From Chiloscyllium plagiosum (Eukaryota): 64,000 bases of DNA. The stretch covers positions 34,027,981-34,091,980 of the forward strand of contig NC_057719.1 in the NCBI RefSeq assembly GCF_004010195.1, given 5' to 3'. Below are positions 1 to 13,305 of this stretch, piece by piece. The stretch's first letter is position 1. Each line of letters starts with the position of its first letter. A model generated the notes under the pieces. The model did no database searches. It was not told the origin of the DNA and saw nothing but the letters and a program-made list of their open reading frames with translations. The position numbers and the translations under genes are program-made.

Positions 1-39
1 TCTAGGAGATGAGGGACATTAACCTCACTGCAGATACCC

Positions 40-1380
40 CTGGAGACAGGTGGTGCCAATTGGCATGTAGCTAGAAAAGGAGCCACATACAGGAGCTCCA
101 AAATTCTTCCCTCAGGTCATTCCTCATCTTCCTCCTGAGAAGAATGACGCCATTCTTCCAGCTCTTCAGCTCATATTATATCCCTTCATGTCCTGCTCCA
201 ATTATGCCAAGGATTAGACAGTGCAGACTGTCTGGATTCTGCTGTAGGCCTTCTCTGACCAGTTCAAAGAACAAAGAACCTCATCTTCACAAGGTCTATC
301 ATCTGATTTTCATTGGCCCAGTTGGAAGATTGGGCATTATTTTATTTAACTTCAGACTCAGTCAGGGAGATGTGTAATGGAGTCATCAGCCATGTTTGCA
401 GAGGGTAGCCCTTTTCTCCTCGTAACCATCCTTGTCTGGCACAAAGACAAAGTGCTAGAGAGCTTCAATAGCATCTGTAGACAGAAAGCATAATCAATGT
501 TTTAGGCCATGTTATCCTTCTTTAGAACTGGCACCCATTCTGGAGAAGGGTCACTGGCCCTGAAACGTTAACTCTGCTTTCTCTCAACAGATGCTCCCAG
601 ACCTGTTGAGGTTCTCTAGCAATTTCTGTTTCTGTTTCAGGTTTCCAGCATCCACAATTCTTTGTCTATTAATCTTCACAGGGGATCATCCTTTGAAGTA
701 AAGCAGGAGCATAAGAATTGTTAAGGATTAAGGCAGTCTGACAGCTTTCAAGGTACCTGGCACAGACTTCTCAGGTAACTTGGACATTAACAAAATGAAA
801 CTCTTTCCCTCAACGAAATCAACTGCATTATGATATGACGCTCTCAAAGCTGTTTGTGTACAGCCTATAGTGCCCTGCACCTGGGGAAAGACAGCCACGT
901 TGTTAAAGCCTAATCCCTAGGCTGCAGTACAGTCTGCATCATGGAGAAATAAGACAAAGCAGTGCGCATCCTCAAAATGCATTGGCTGCAGCCTTGACCT
1001 ATTTATGTGCAAAGAATTGAGAAGTCTCACACGCAGGTCTCCAGAGGATCCTTGCAAGTGATAGTTATATAAAGCTGAGTTGCTGCTGTCACCTTGATGG
1101 CCACCAGGACAGGATGACCATTACCCCTTCAAATCACAAGTCCTGTTCCAATAGATGACACAATTCTGTGATGATATCTTCACCTATTGGTAATGTGTAT
1201 CACTCAACTAGAGGGAATGACATCTCAGGAGCTAGTCTATGGGCTTCTTGTACTTTCTGTCCATCCTGAAAGGAACTTTCTGCATCAATGTCTTCGTGTG
1301 GGCTCTGTTGAACAGCGCTGGAGGTTGTTACTGATCCTGGCCTTTGTTCTTGCTTGATTTCTCTGTGCCTTCATTCTGCA
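40..1380 (-). mobile_element. Decayed PIF/Harbinger (HARBI1-like) DDE transposase
   Basis: Minus-strand translation near 200-420 gives GYPLQTWLMTPL...LVKMRF...WHN, matching the Harbinger GDKGYPL..WLMTP...LKMRF...LHN motifs; TELCHLLEQDL near 1140-1175. Has stops and frameshifts and is interrupted by a PLE insert. Confidence 0.8.
445..665. mobile_element. Short inverted (fold-back) PLE terminal-repeat insertion with degenerate type-C hammerhead
   Basis: ctggagaagggtcactggccctgaaacgtta at about 540-570 followed by the PLE tail; a degenerate reverse copy lies at 445-530. Confidence 0.6.
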
Positions 1381-1387
1381 GCAGAAC

Positions 1388-1478
1388 AGGACTGGATGAA
1401 GGAGCATTGCTCCAAAAGCTTCTTACTTTAAATAAACCTGTTGGACTATAACCTGATGTCTTGTGACTTCTGACTTTG
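1388..1478 (+). mobile_element. PLE 3' end, type-D hammerhead family (degenerate)
   Basis: ggatgaaggagcattgctccaaaagct...aataaacctgttggactataacctg matches 52446-52530. Confidence 0.65.
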
Positions 1479-1479
1479 G

Positions 1480-1612
1480 AAATACATTGCCATTCCATCA
1501 GTGTCACTGAGTCAAAATTCTGGAGCTCACTCCCTTACAGCATTGTGGGTATACCTACACCAAATGGATTGTAGAGTCAAGAAGACAGCTCATCACCACC
1601 TTCTCAAGAGCA
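1480..1612 (+). mobile_element. 3' fragment of an old LINE family (tail ...gcagctcaccaccaccttctcaagggca)
   Basis: Same tail occurs at 24690-24870 (+) and 12336-12490 (-). Confidence 0.55.
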
Positions 1613-1844
1613 TTGCATTACAATGAACATCACAATTTTAATAACTTCATGGATTGAAAGGATCAGTGATAAGTCTTTCTGGAATAAGCTAGTTCTTAAG
1701 ATGAAAGGGGCAAGGAGACACAGTTATAAATGAATTAATCTGTCTTGGATGAGTTAAGAGAATTTTTGGACCCAATTTAACTCAATTCCTGAGCATCATT
1801 AAATCTATTTTCTAATTAGATAAAGCACTCAGTAGACTAAATTA

Positions 1845-2332
1845 GAGAGGTTTCAGAAAAGATTTATTAGCATGTTGCCAGGACTAGACGGTTTGAATTA
1901 TAAGGAGAGACTGGAGAGGCTGGAACCTTTTTCACTGGAGCATAGGACGTTGAGGGGTGACCTTTTAGAGGTTTATAAAATTATGAGGGGCATCGGAAAG
2001 GTGAATAGCAAATGTCTTTTCCCTAGAGTTCAGGAGTTCAAAACGAGAGGGCATATTTTTAAGGTGAGAAAAGAAAGTTTTAAAAGTGACCTGAAGGGCA
2101 ACATTTTCACAGAGAGGGTGGCTTGAATGTGGGATGAACTGCCAAAGGAAGTGGTAGATGCCGGTACAGTTACAACATTTAAAAGACATTTGGACAGGTA
2201 CATAAATAGAAACGGCTTAGAGGTATATGGGCCAAATGCAGGAAAGTGGGACTAATTTTAATTTGGGAAACTTGGTGAGATGAGTTGTACTGAAGGGTCT
2301 GTTTCTGTTCTGTATGGCTACAAGACTCTATA
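1845..2332 (+). mobile_element. CR1 LINE 3' fragment
   Basis: ORF 1872-2126 (YKERLERL..FSLE.R.LRGDL.EVYKIMRG...TRGH.FKVR) is the CR1 ORF2 C-terminus; tail gactctat. Confidence 0.9.
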
Positions 2333-2574
2333 AAAACAATATGCAGATTAACCATCCCTGGGAAGGACCAACATAAACAAGATGTTTCCTGGGAAAGAGA
2401 AGATAACAACAGCTTAATAATGTACTGCTTCATGACAAATGGGTAATTAAGTCTGCCTGCAGTAGGAATATTCTGAATTAAAGGGTTTAATTGCAGGAAA
2501 AGCTGTTTTAAACAGAAGATTAACCAAGAACGTAAGAGGAACAGGGGAGCTACTTCTGATAAGCTATACACAGA

Positions 2575-2775
2575 GACTGGTGAGTACATGGAATGCACTG
2601 CCAGCAGTGGTAGTAGAGTCAGATACATTAGGGACATTTAAGTGACTCTTGGATAGGCAAATGGATGATAGTAAATGAAGGGTATGTAGGTTAGTTTCAT
2701 CTTTAGAGTAGGATAAAATGTCGGCACAAGATCAAGGGCTGAAGGGCATGTAATGTTCTATTTTTTTTTCTATAG
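2575..2775 (+). mobile_element. CR1 LINE 3' tail (second subfamily)
   Basis: tggaatgcactgccagca...gggctgaagggc..taatgttcta, similar to 49510-49697. Confidence 0.7.
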
Positions 2776-4211
2776 TTTTGAGGTCTCCAAAAGAGTAATC
2801 AATGATGGGGATGAAAGAATCTATTCAATCATCAATAATGTCAGACCGCAAACATGAAAGAGCGAAAAACTGTATAAGAATCCAACGCCAGAACAAATCA
2901 GGAGCAGAACTTCGAAGAACAACACTGCACAAGGATCAAACTCTGGACACTTTCAGGGACAGACACTACCGGTGAAATCCTGGTCAGATTCCATCATTAA
3001 TTGGGTAACAGCCAAGTGAGGCTTAACTTGTTACGTGAGGGGTCTTATTTTAGTTTCTATATGCAATAAAATTTAAATCATTGTGTCAGTACTTGATAAT
3101 CTGTGAGATTTCTTAATAAATAGTCAAATTAAAGGTAGCTGGTAGTGATTTACCCGCAACAATATCTTGGGATAGGCAATAGCTGTTGGCCAGCCAACAC
3201 CACCCACATCACTTGAATTAATAAAGAAAAATCCATCAAGCTCCAAAACTGCACTAAATTCTTTGTTCTCCCCAACTCCTAATCAATCTGGATTTCTCAG
3301 TCATTAAAAAGCACAGGTTATTCGATCATTCGTTTGTTTTTTAATCAACTGTGCTTTATGAAAAAAAGTGATTATTCTATAATATAATCCACTGCCTGGA
3401 AGACTAATTGAGATTTTTTATAAAACAAAAATTGAAGTCACATTACAGTGACGTTAGTTGGAGTCAATGATTCACTCAATGTACCTTCTGCATCTGCAGA
3501 GCATTGAAATGGAGACAACCTGACTGAAAAGCAGAAACAACAGACTTGATAAGAATTGATGGGGCAATTCCATTAGCAGCATTCAGAAAAATTAACTGGC
3601 AAGATTCAACTGGATTGAGGCTAACTGTTAGATGTGATCACTTGGACAGTTAGACCCTGGCTGACAGAGCATTCCCAGCTATAATCTAATTGTCACAACT
3701 CACTGTCGAGCAGCCATGTTAATCCTGAGATTGTCACAAATGTTAAAGTTTTTAAAAGAAATATACAAAATCCCCAATCCATCTGCTTTTCAGACCCAGG
3801 ATGATAGAAAGCATGAGCAATCTTTCTATACGTAACAAGAATCATTATTTATTTCAAGGTAATCAGATTTAAGCTACAAGTAAACAATTACATTAAATAG
3901 AGTAAATGCTACAAATTAAACTCTAAACCCCTTATAAATGCCCTCTTACACAAACAGACAACATAAAAAAGGGAAAAAAAAACAAATGGGTGAAGGGAAA
4001 ACCGGAGAAGCATACTTAAAGTGACTTATTACAAAGGAAGAGAGAGAGGTTTTGGCTACTACCGATCTGCTGTTTCTCTTGCAGTCTGACAGTCTCACTC
4101 CCTTGCTCACAGTCTAAGATGTTCTGCCACCTGACAACAAATCACATTGATTTGTGGATTAGAAACCAATCATCAATGACAATGATTCTCTGCCTCATAA
4201 AAGCAATCAGT

Positions 4212-6050
4212 GTCATAAGACCTTAAGGCATCGAAGCAGAAGTAGTCCATTTAGCCCATCGAGTCTGCTTTGCCATTCAATGAGACCATGGCTGATCTGA
4301 TATTCGTCAATCATACTCTCTTGCCTTTTTCCCTTACTGATTAAAAATCTGACCATTTTAGTCTTGAAGAAACTTAATGATTCAGCTTCTAAAGCCCTTT
4401 GCAGTAAAGGATTAAACAGATCCGCTTCTCTCAGAGGTAAGAAATTCCTTCTTAACTCCGTGAAAAATGAGTAACTCCTTACCCTGAGTTCATGTTCTTT
4501 GGTTGTAGACTCCCTCACAAAGCGAAACAGCATCTCTGCATCTCTCCTGCTAAGTTCTGTAGGAATTTTGTATGTTGCATTATGGTCTTATGAACATGTG
4601 AAACAATAAGAGTAGACCATCAGAATCTTCAAACCTGCTCCACTGTTCAATAAGATCATGACCATTCTAAGTTTAACCTCAACTCTACATTCCTGCATAT
4701 CCCCAATGAGCTTTCGTCTCCTTGGTAATGAAGAAACTATCTACCTCGGCCTTAAAAATATTGAAAGACTATGCACCTAGTGCCCTTTGAGGAAGACTCA
4801 CAACCCTCTGAAAGAAAACAAAATGTTTCCTCATCTCTGTCTTAAATGGGTAATTAAATGACCCCACAAGTTGAAACATCCTTCCAATATCCACCCAGTC
4901 AAACCCCCTCAGGATCTTATACATTTCAATAAGTTACCTCTGACTCTTCTAAACTCAGCGTACAGTCCTAGGCTGACTAGCATTTCCTCATAAGCCATTC
5001 TGCGCTTTCTAGGTATTAATCTAGTAAACCTTTTCTGAGCTACCACCAACACATAAACATCCTTTCGTAATTATGGTGACTAATACCATATATAGTACTC
5101 TAGATGCAGTCTCACTAATGTCCTGTATAACTGAAGAATAACCTTGTACTCTTGCATTCACTTCCCCACACAAAAAAAACCATAACATTCTATCAGCTTT
5201 CCGGATTATTTGCTGTGCCTGCAGACTAACATTCTGTGATTTCTGCCTGAGGGCACCCAGATCTGTTACTATCTCAGAGCTCTGCAGTCTTTTACCACTT
5301 GGGTTTTTAAAAATTCTTTCTGCAAAATTGAACCAATTTCCACATTGTATTCCATTTGCCAGATTTTTGTTGACTCACTTACCCTCCCTATATCCCTTTG
5401 TAAGCTCCTTTTGCTCTCTTCACAACTCACCTACACCAAGAGCTTTTATTTGCCACAATAATCATGGAAAAATAGTAACATAGAAGATAGGAGCAGATGT
5501 CAGCCACTTGACTCCCCGACCCATCTCTACCATTCAATATGGTCATGGCTGATCATCAAGCTCAATACCTTGATTTCCAGCCCCGCACTCCCCATATCCC
5601 TCAGTCCCTTGCACCAGGGAGGAATAAACAATTTTTGTAACTCACCCATTCATTCTTTGAATGTTTGCCATTGTCTATCCACTGTCATTCCTTTCAATTA
5701 CATTTCTTACGCCATCATAGCTAAACTACACCTCATACCATTGTAGTTTCCTTTACTAAGATTCAGGATCCTTCTCTCAGAATCAAGGACCTCATTCTCC
5801 ATCTTGATGAATAATCCCATGATATCATCCCCAGGGGGTTTCTCACACTTACCAATTACTCCTTCCCATTGCATAATACCCGGCCTAAGGAGACCTGTTT
5901 TCCAGTTGGTTTATCAAAGTATTGGCCCAGAAAACCCTCCCATATATACTCTAGGAATTGCTCCTATGTGGTATGATGACTACTTTGATTTGCCCAATCT
6001 ATATGCACGTTAAAATCACCATAATTACAGATGATCCTTTACCATGTGGT
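4212..6050 (-). mobile_element. Cluster of decayed CR1 fragments
   Basis: ORF 4213-4533 (ELRVRSYSFFTELRRNF) is a CR1 C-terminus; further tails start near 4590 and 5480, and an endonuclease-region piece lies at 5650-6050. Confidence 0.75.
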
Positions 6051-6307
6051 ACCTTATAAGTGCCTTCTCAAAATCCAAGTACAATCCATCCACTGGTTTC
6101 CCTTTATCCACTGTTTCTGCAGCTCGTCTTCACTTGTAAACAACTCCTTGCTTCTAGTTTGTCTGGACGTTACTTGAACCCCCAGCTACACAAACAGTAT
6201 TCACAACAGGTTGCAAATTCATTGTTGTCAGAACTTACAGTCATCCCTAAGTCTCGGAAAAGCATAAATAAAAAATGACATGGCTTTTAAATAATTGTGG
6301 TGTCATT

Positions 6308-6564
6308 GGGTGGAGTGGTGGCTCAGTGGTTAGAACTGCTGCCTCACGGTCCCAGGTTTGATTCCCGCCTCGGGTGACTGTCTGTGTGGAGTTTGCACAT
6401 TCTTCCCATGTCTGTGTGGGTTTCCTCCTGCAAGCCAGGTGAATTGGCCATGCTAAATTGCCCATGGTGTTAGGTGCATTAGTCAGAGGGTCTGGGTGGG
6501 TTACTCTTCAGAGGGTCGTTGTAGACCTTTTGGGCCTGTTTCCACATTGTAGGGGGATCTAATC
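6308..6564 (+). mobile_element. tRNA-derived HE1/V-SINE
   Basis: A-box gtggctcagtggtta, B-box-like gtttgattccc, central tgtgtggagtttgcacattc..tgtgtgggtttcctcc and ttggccatgctaaattgccc. Confidence 0.85.
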
Positions 6565-8534
6565 ATTGGAATACACTACCCAGGACTTTACTTGGATCAC
6601 TTAACTAAGCGCTTCAGAGGTTTAAAGATATACAACACAATGCTGTTGTTTGCAGAAGAGCAGATTAATTATCCGTCTATAATTTTAAACCACTTCAATG
6701 CCAAATGCAGCAGGCTACCAAATACAGCCTTGGAAAAAAAATTGCAAATCGCCTATTCTCAAGATTTTTATACTGTCTAAATTTACTGAACTCTAAAATA
6801 CTTAATTGATCCACCCCACTCTGTAATTTATGTTGTTTGTGTGGGTGCATGCAAGTCAGAGCGTTTTTTTAAAAATTCCATCTGTTCAGCAACTCAAAAC
6901 AGAACTGCCTGATTGTGCCTTTTATAGTCACAGCATGTGGATATTTGCACCAAACAAAAACACTTGATGCTCCACATTAACATGTCATAACTATAGCTGC
7001 ATCATACCTTTGAAATTTTCTATTTTGATCTTTTTCAACATTGTTTTGAGAAAACTGCATCTAATCACCAATTGAAGATTTCTGTTATGTCTCGCCACGC
7101 TCATAAAAGTTGACAATTATTACCAAAGTTCAATCAACATACATTACTTGATTTATTTCAATTCTATGCCAAGTGATCTTTAAGAAGCCGTATTCTTTAT
7201 GGCTGCCGTCAATTGACAAAAGACTCAGTAGTAAGATGAGCAATCTTTTTTCTTTACAGAACAAGTTGTTGTGATCCAAAAAGTGCTGCCTAAAGGAGCG
7301 GTGGTAACAGATACAATAATCACTTTCAAAAGGCAATTGGCGATATATTCAAAGGAGAAAAAAAATACAGGGATAAAAAGGAGGGGAGAGGAATTAACTG
7401 GTAAATTCTATCAAAGGTCAGTTGGAGGCACAATGGGGTGAAAGGCTCTTTCTGAGCTCTCAGATTTCATTCTGTACAAGAAGCAGAAATATTGTTCATA
7501 TATTCTCAGCCTGTCATGTGATTAAACAAGTTTTGTTGCTGTCCAGTACATTTATTGTTGTCTCTTTCCAGTATCTCTCTCTCATTCTCTGCATAAGCCA
7601 CATTTTTATTTACAGATCATGCATTCCTTTTTGATAGCTGCTTGTTGATTTTACTAACAAATAAAACAGCCAACTAATATACAGAAGGTTCCTATGGACA
7701 GCAGTGAGATAGACACCCATCTTGACCTCTTTGAAGGGTTATGGTGAGCATAGGCTGCAAGAGAACTCTTTGCACACAGGGTTGAGAGACCACATGATAA
7801 GTAGAAAAGGATAGAATTCTCACAGACACTCTTTAATTATTTCCTATAATTTTGCTGTAACGATCCAAATGCAGTGAAACACAAAATCACTTTTGACACA
7901 GAAAGGTCCCATGCAGTATTGAGATAAAGGAAAGCTACTCTATTTTGGCTTGAATTCAAAGCAATATTACTTTGTTTTAGTTAAAGTTATTGGGGACAAA
8001 AGTGGCAGAGATCCTTAACAGGAAATACATTTTTGAGAAAGAAAAGGGACAGATTAGCAAGATGGCTGTAAGACCTGAAATTGGAGCTATTGGCATTAGA
8101 TGGGAGAAGAGTGATGTGCTTCCGAAGAAATAATGAGAGCTATTATATGAGTCCAATGGGAATGCTGGGAAATCATAGTTCATCATGCCTTATTAGGGGT
8201 AAATAGACTATTACATGATGAGTAAATTGAAAATTGCTTTGTTATGCCCATGGTAATATCAGCTCCTGCAATGCTACTCCAGGCAACTTCACACAATGGA
8301 TGCATATGAAATGCAGTGATCAATGTGAGGTGATACAGTTTGTAAAGCTGGTGATTGTCTCCCAAAAACTGGTGGAATGAGGATATATCCCATTTTGACA
8401 GCTGTGCCCACGAACAATCATTCAGGTTCCAAATGATATGCAGGTGAATCCCTGAGGGTCCACTTCGGAGTTAACTCTTTGGACGTACTTCCGTTTTCCT
8501 TCATAAGCAGCTATTCATTTTTCTATGCTGATGG

Positions 8535-8775
8535 TTATCCATTCCTTTGTCTATCCAACTGTTCTTCTTTTCTCTTTGGGCTCTATCTCCACCTATTGTT
8601 CTCTCCTTACCCCCTCCTCCCTCCCCTATCTTCTGCATAAGAACCAACGTTTTCTGAGCTGCCATCAGTTCTGAAATGGAGTCACTGGACCCAAAATATT
8701 AACTCTGATTTCTGTCCACAGCTGCTGCCAAACCAACTCAATGTTTCCAGCAATTTTTGTTTTTGTCTCTGATTG
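8535..8775 (+). mobile_element. PLE 3' end with degenerate type-C hammerhead
   Basis: Pyrimidine-rich stretch, then ctgaaatggagtcactggacccaaaatattaactctg and the PLE tail. Confidence 0.6.
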
Positions 8776-9234
8776 CTTGGCCACCCTGCTAAACCTAGAA
8801 TGGCAATCTCTTTGTGTCTAGGATGCAAGTCTGTACCATTCCTTCCTCCTTCATGATACTTGATAGGTCATTCTACAGAACTTTTGCCATTGCTGTGGTA
8901 ATTTTTACATTAGAACATTAATCCCAATCAAAGCTATCCAATCCTGCTCAGATCCCATTTTGTGCCAAATTGAGCTGTTCTGGCTGTGCTCAGTGCTAAA
9001 TTCATTTGTATTTAAGGGTAGAAGTGGATTGGGTGTGTAGTGTTTTACAATATATTTTAACCATTCCACATGATGAATGCCCATGGATCAACAGGGATTC
9101 AAAATTCAGATGAAGATATAATGATGATCAGGAAGAAAAGTGAAATTTGTAAACAAAAAGGATAAGAATAAATGCTTCAAAGTTGTATCAGGAGATAATA
9201 GATGTGCTATAGTTAAATTGAACTTTCCTTTTCA

Positions 9235-9885
9235 AAGGGTAGGACTTATACAAATAATGGTAGGGTCTTGGTTAGTGGTTCATTCCTGATGAAGGGCTTT
9301 TGCCCGAGACGTCGATTTTCCTCTCCTCGGATGCTGCCTGACCTGCTGTGCTTTTCCAGCACCACTCTAATTATACTCTGATCTCTAGCATCTGCAGTCC
9401 TCACTTTTGCTGTCTTGGTTAGTGTTGTAGAACTGAGAGACCTAGGTGTTTAGGTACATAATTTTTTGAAGTTTGCATCACAGGCAGGGTGGTTAAAAAG
9501 ATATTTGGCACGCTTGGCTTCATTGCTCAATCTTTTGATTAAAGGAGTTGGGAAATCATGTTGAAGTTGTAAAGGACATTGGTGAGGCCTCTTCAGGAAT
9601 ACAGTGTCCAGCTCTAGTCGCCCAGTTAGAGGAAGTTTATTATCAAGATGGAGAGAGTCCAGCAGAGATTTACCAGGATGTTGCTCGGTATAGAAGATTT
9701 GAGTTATAAAGAGAGGCTGGATAGGCTGGGACTTTTTTCACTGGAGCGTAGGAGGTTGAGAGGCTACTTTATAGACGTTTATAAAATTATGAAGGGTACA
9801 AAGAGAGTTAAAGGTTATTGCCTTTTCCTCAGGCTGTGGGATTTCAAATTCGGAGATACATTTTTAAGGCGAGAAGATTTTTTTT
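9235..9885 (+). mobile_element. CR1 LINE 3' fragment interrupted by a PLE insert
   Basis: ORF 9648-9887 MERVQQRFTRML...LGLFSLERRRLRG. Confidence 0.9.
9278..9411 (+). mobile_element. Short PLE terminal-repeat insertion with type-A hammerhead (GAAA mutated to GAGA), 13-bp TSD
   Basis: gtcttggttagtg at 9265-9277 and 9412-9424; ctgatgaagggcttttgcccgagacgtc starts at 9286. Confidence 0.85.
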
Positions 9886-10370
9886 AACATTTGGTCCTAT
9901 ACCTTCATTGATTTATTTTTTCATTGTATTTATTTTATTTACGCAGTTGTAGTCTAAATCAGGCAGGTTTCCTTTTGCTTTGGTTCTATTTCATCAATAC
10001 ATGCTTTGGCTTCTTTCCTATAAAGTTTTGAACATGTACTGAGGGCCATGTACACATCCTAATAGGCCTTGCTGGCTTTATGAAACTAATCTAACAAATA
10101 TGCCCATAGTTATAACAAACTTGACTTCCACATTTTCTCCTGCAGAATGCTGGCTTCTCTCCTCATTTCACTTTTTACACTGTCAGTATGAAGATGAACA
10201 ATCGTATCAAGTATCGAACCAAAACTCTCATGTGTGCCTGAGGTAGCCTCCGCGTGTGCTTCCTATTTAAGTCTCACAGATGATTTGGTTTGGTTGAATC
10301 AGGAGCCAAAAATGATTGAACACCGTCCAGCAGTTTGTTGAGACCTGGAAGAATGTGTACAATTTGTCAC

Positions 10371-11119
10371 TGTTATGACACGGCGGTGAACCCTTCTGTT
10401 AATTAAACCAAACACTCAGAAAAGTAATCTGTTAAAGTATGAGTGACAGAGAACTCCCAAATGCCAGTATTTAAAGAAAAAACATCAACTTATTCTTTAA
10501 CTCTAAAAGTGAACATTAAACAACAATTATTTACAATGCTCAGCCCCCTTTCTTTTAACTGTTTATTATCTGCCTCCAACTCTATAACAATATACTGTTC
10601 CCATAAAAACCGTATTAAAATTACAGCAACTTAAATTCAACATCACACAGTGGCTGTCATCGTCAGTGTCTGTCTCCCTCTGACTGAAGATTTCCCTGGG
10701 TTGTCTTCTGTCTTTTACAGCAAAGATGTTTTATATGAAAAAGGTATCTTTGATAGAGAGTATTTTGCTGGCAGTTACTTTGTGAATGGCAGTTGGTCTC
10801 TCTGTCTAACTGTCAAAATGTCGGCTTCTTTATACCCCAAACATCGGATCATCTCATTGGTTTGAGGTTGGCAAAAGCAGTAAATTCAAAATCGATTGGG
10901 CTTTAGTATCTTGGGCATAATTTATACTGATTGGTTTGATTCAAATTGTTGTCAAAACAACTCAGGTATCTAGGTCACAGCCAAATGTTACATATTTTCA
11001 ATTTTCCAGTACACTTTGAGACTGCTAGCTAGTTATATGCCAGATGCCTGCAAGCTCTCAGTGCAAAACAGCATTCACTCTCTCTTAAAGGTACAGTGCA
11101 CGCCTTCAACTTCATAACA
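10371..11119. mobile_element. Solo LTR (749 bp)
   Basis: Termini tgttatga...tcataaca form an 8-bp inverted repeat (TG..CA), flanked by gtcac (10366-10370) and gtcgc (11120-11124); no internal coding region. Confidence 0.75.
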
Positions 11120-11194
11120 GTCGCACAACAGCAAAAATACTATTGCATCCAAACAGCAATTAACTGTAGTACCAGCAACAAGATTCATTAAATG

Positions 11195-11960
11195 GTGGAA
11201 TATATATTGTAAACAGAAGAACCTTGGGAAAAGTTGATGAGCAGAGAGATCTGGGCGTTCAGGTCCATTGTACCCTTAAGGTGACTGCGCAGGTGGATAG
11301 AGTGGTCAAGAAGGCATATGGTATGCTTGCCTTCATCGGACGGGGTATTGAGTATAAGAGCTGGCAGGTCATGTTAAAATTGTACAAGATTTTGGTTCAG
11401 CTGCATTCAGAATACTGTGTTACAGTTCTGGTTGCCACATTATCAAAAGGATGTGGACACTTTGGAGAGGATGCAGAGAATTTTTACTAGGATGTTGCCT
11501 GGTATGGAAGGTGCTAGCTATGAAGAGAGGTTGAGTAGGTTAGGATTGTTTACATTAGAAAAAAGGAAATTGAGGGGGGACCTGACTGAGGTTGACAAAA
11601 TCATGAAGGGTATAAACAGGGTAGATAGAAATAAATTTTCTCGCAGGGTGAGGGATTCAATAACGAGAGATCATGTGTTCAAGGTGAGAGGTGAAAAGTT
11701 TAAGGGGGATATACCCAGCAAGTACTTTACACAGAGGGTGTTAGGTGCCTGGAATGCGTTGCCAGCAAAGGTAGTAGAAGCAGTCATGGTTGATTCATTT
11801 AAGGTGCGTCTAGACAGATGCATGAGTAGGTGGGGAGCAGAGGGATACAGGTGCTTAGGAATTGGGCGATAGGTTTAGACAGTGGATTTGGATTGGCTCA
11901 GGCTTGGAGGGCTGAAGGGCCTGTTCCTGGGCTGTAAATTTTCTTTGTTCTTTGTTCTTC
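11195..11960 (+). mobile_element. CR1 LINE 3' fragment
   Basis: ORFs 11224-11490 and 11417-11872 are frameshifted CR1 ORF2 C-terminus (QRDLGVQVH...VVKKAYGMLAFI...LRGDL); tail (ttctttg)n. Confidence 0.92.
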
Positions 11961-12335
11961 TTTATATATTGAATATGTATTTGTTGCTTAATGTTTCTGA
12001 TACATGCTATTTTATCTTCCTGCCAAGTTACCTGCATTATTATATGAATGTCTTCCGAACACAATGAAGTCAACATTGCAGTCATTGCCAAGGTAATCTA
12101 GCAGCACGTTGGCCCGTTCATCAGCATACATTGCTATTTTGAGCAAATGTAGAAAGCATTCAATGGGAAAACCATCATGAATTAACACATACCTTTTAGA
12201 AATAAATGATCAAAATGTTAAAGACATAGTGTAGATCAACATATTGAAGAAGCTTGCATTTTTGAAATCATCTAAAGCTGACTTTAAAATTGCTTTATTA
12301 ACTATAGGGATATGAGCATTTCAGGCTGGGTCAGC

Positions 12336-12490
12336 TGTTATTCCCCATCCTTGCTGTCCTTGAGAAGATGGTGGTGAGCTGTTTTCTTGAACCACTGCAG
12401 TCTGTTTGGTATCGATACATCTACAATGTTATTAGAGAGGATTTTGACCCAGTAACACTGAAGGAGAGCAATGTATTTCCAAGTTAGGGT
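12336..12490 (-). mobile_element. Old LINE 3' tail
   Basis: Reverse complement of the tail at 24690-24870. Confidence 0.6.
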
Positions 12491-12524
12491 GGGGGGAGAA
12501 AACCAGATGAAATGAGATTCTCCC

Positions 12525-12762
12525 AGGGTGATGTTTCCCCATTCCTTTATCTGCACTTCTATCTCTGGGTTCCATCTCCACCTCATGTTTAATCTTCTCC
12601 CCTACCCCTTACCCCATTTTCAGCATATATATCAAACTGTTTCTAGCTACAATGAATTCTGCAGAAGGATCACTGAATCCAAAATGTTAACCCTGCTATC
12701 TCTCCACAGATACTGAAGACATGCTGATTTTTCCAACAATTTCTGTTCTTGTTTTTGTCCCA
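12525..12762 (+). mobile_element. PLE 3' end with degenerate type-C hammerhead
   Basis: ctgcagaaggatcactgaatccaaaatgttaa followed by a tail like those at 570-660 and 8700-8775. Confidence 0.6.
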
Positions 12763-12954
12763 GATGATTTCACTTATCTTGATTTTTATGGGAACTGCAC
12801 CCATTGAGGTAAGTGGGAAATATTCTGCCACATTGCTAACTTGCACCTTGAAGGTGGCGGACAGTCTCTGAGGAATCAAGAGATTGGTTGCAGGCTGCAG
12901 GATTCCTTGCCTCTGACTTTTATCTTACCCTTTCAGCCTTTAGGTAGGAGAGTT

Positions 12955-13305
12955 CATCATACTTTGGACAAGTATGATGGCTTCCCAGATCTGCTGTTTT
13001 GGCAATGTTTTAGGTAGTTGGTAAGAAATAGATCAAATTTAGCATTCGGTTCTATCAAACCAAGAAATTTCCCATCCTGTGACAAGACAAACTTCTCATT
13101 GTTTCCCATAAAAACTAATCCATTTTCTGCTTATGTGAACAAAACTGTAATAAACATGTACACAAAGTTATACCTTCAGTACTCTCACTCCTGTTTCATC
13201 TGTTCCTCCAGGTGTGAATCTAAAGTTAGTCTATGTTTGGCTGATCAGATCTGTAAGCACAGACCTTCTGTGATCTTCAGAGTTCTCAGGATTTTGAATT
13301 CCTAC
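12955..13305 (-). mobile_element. hAT (ZMYM1-like/Tip100-type) transposase fragment
   Basis: Minus-strand ENGLVFMGNNEKF..QDGKFLGLIE..AKFD.FL......SGKPSYLSK resembles the hAT GLAFRG..E....GNFLGL.EL.AKFD.......SYLS segment. Confidence 0.7.

Noticed and set aside
6308..6375. tRNA gene
   Set aside because: The A/B boxes run directly into a SINE body; the same applies to the copies at 28170, 48218 and 60131.
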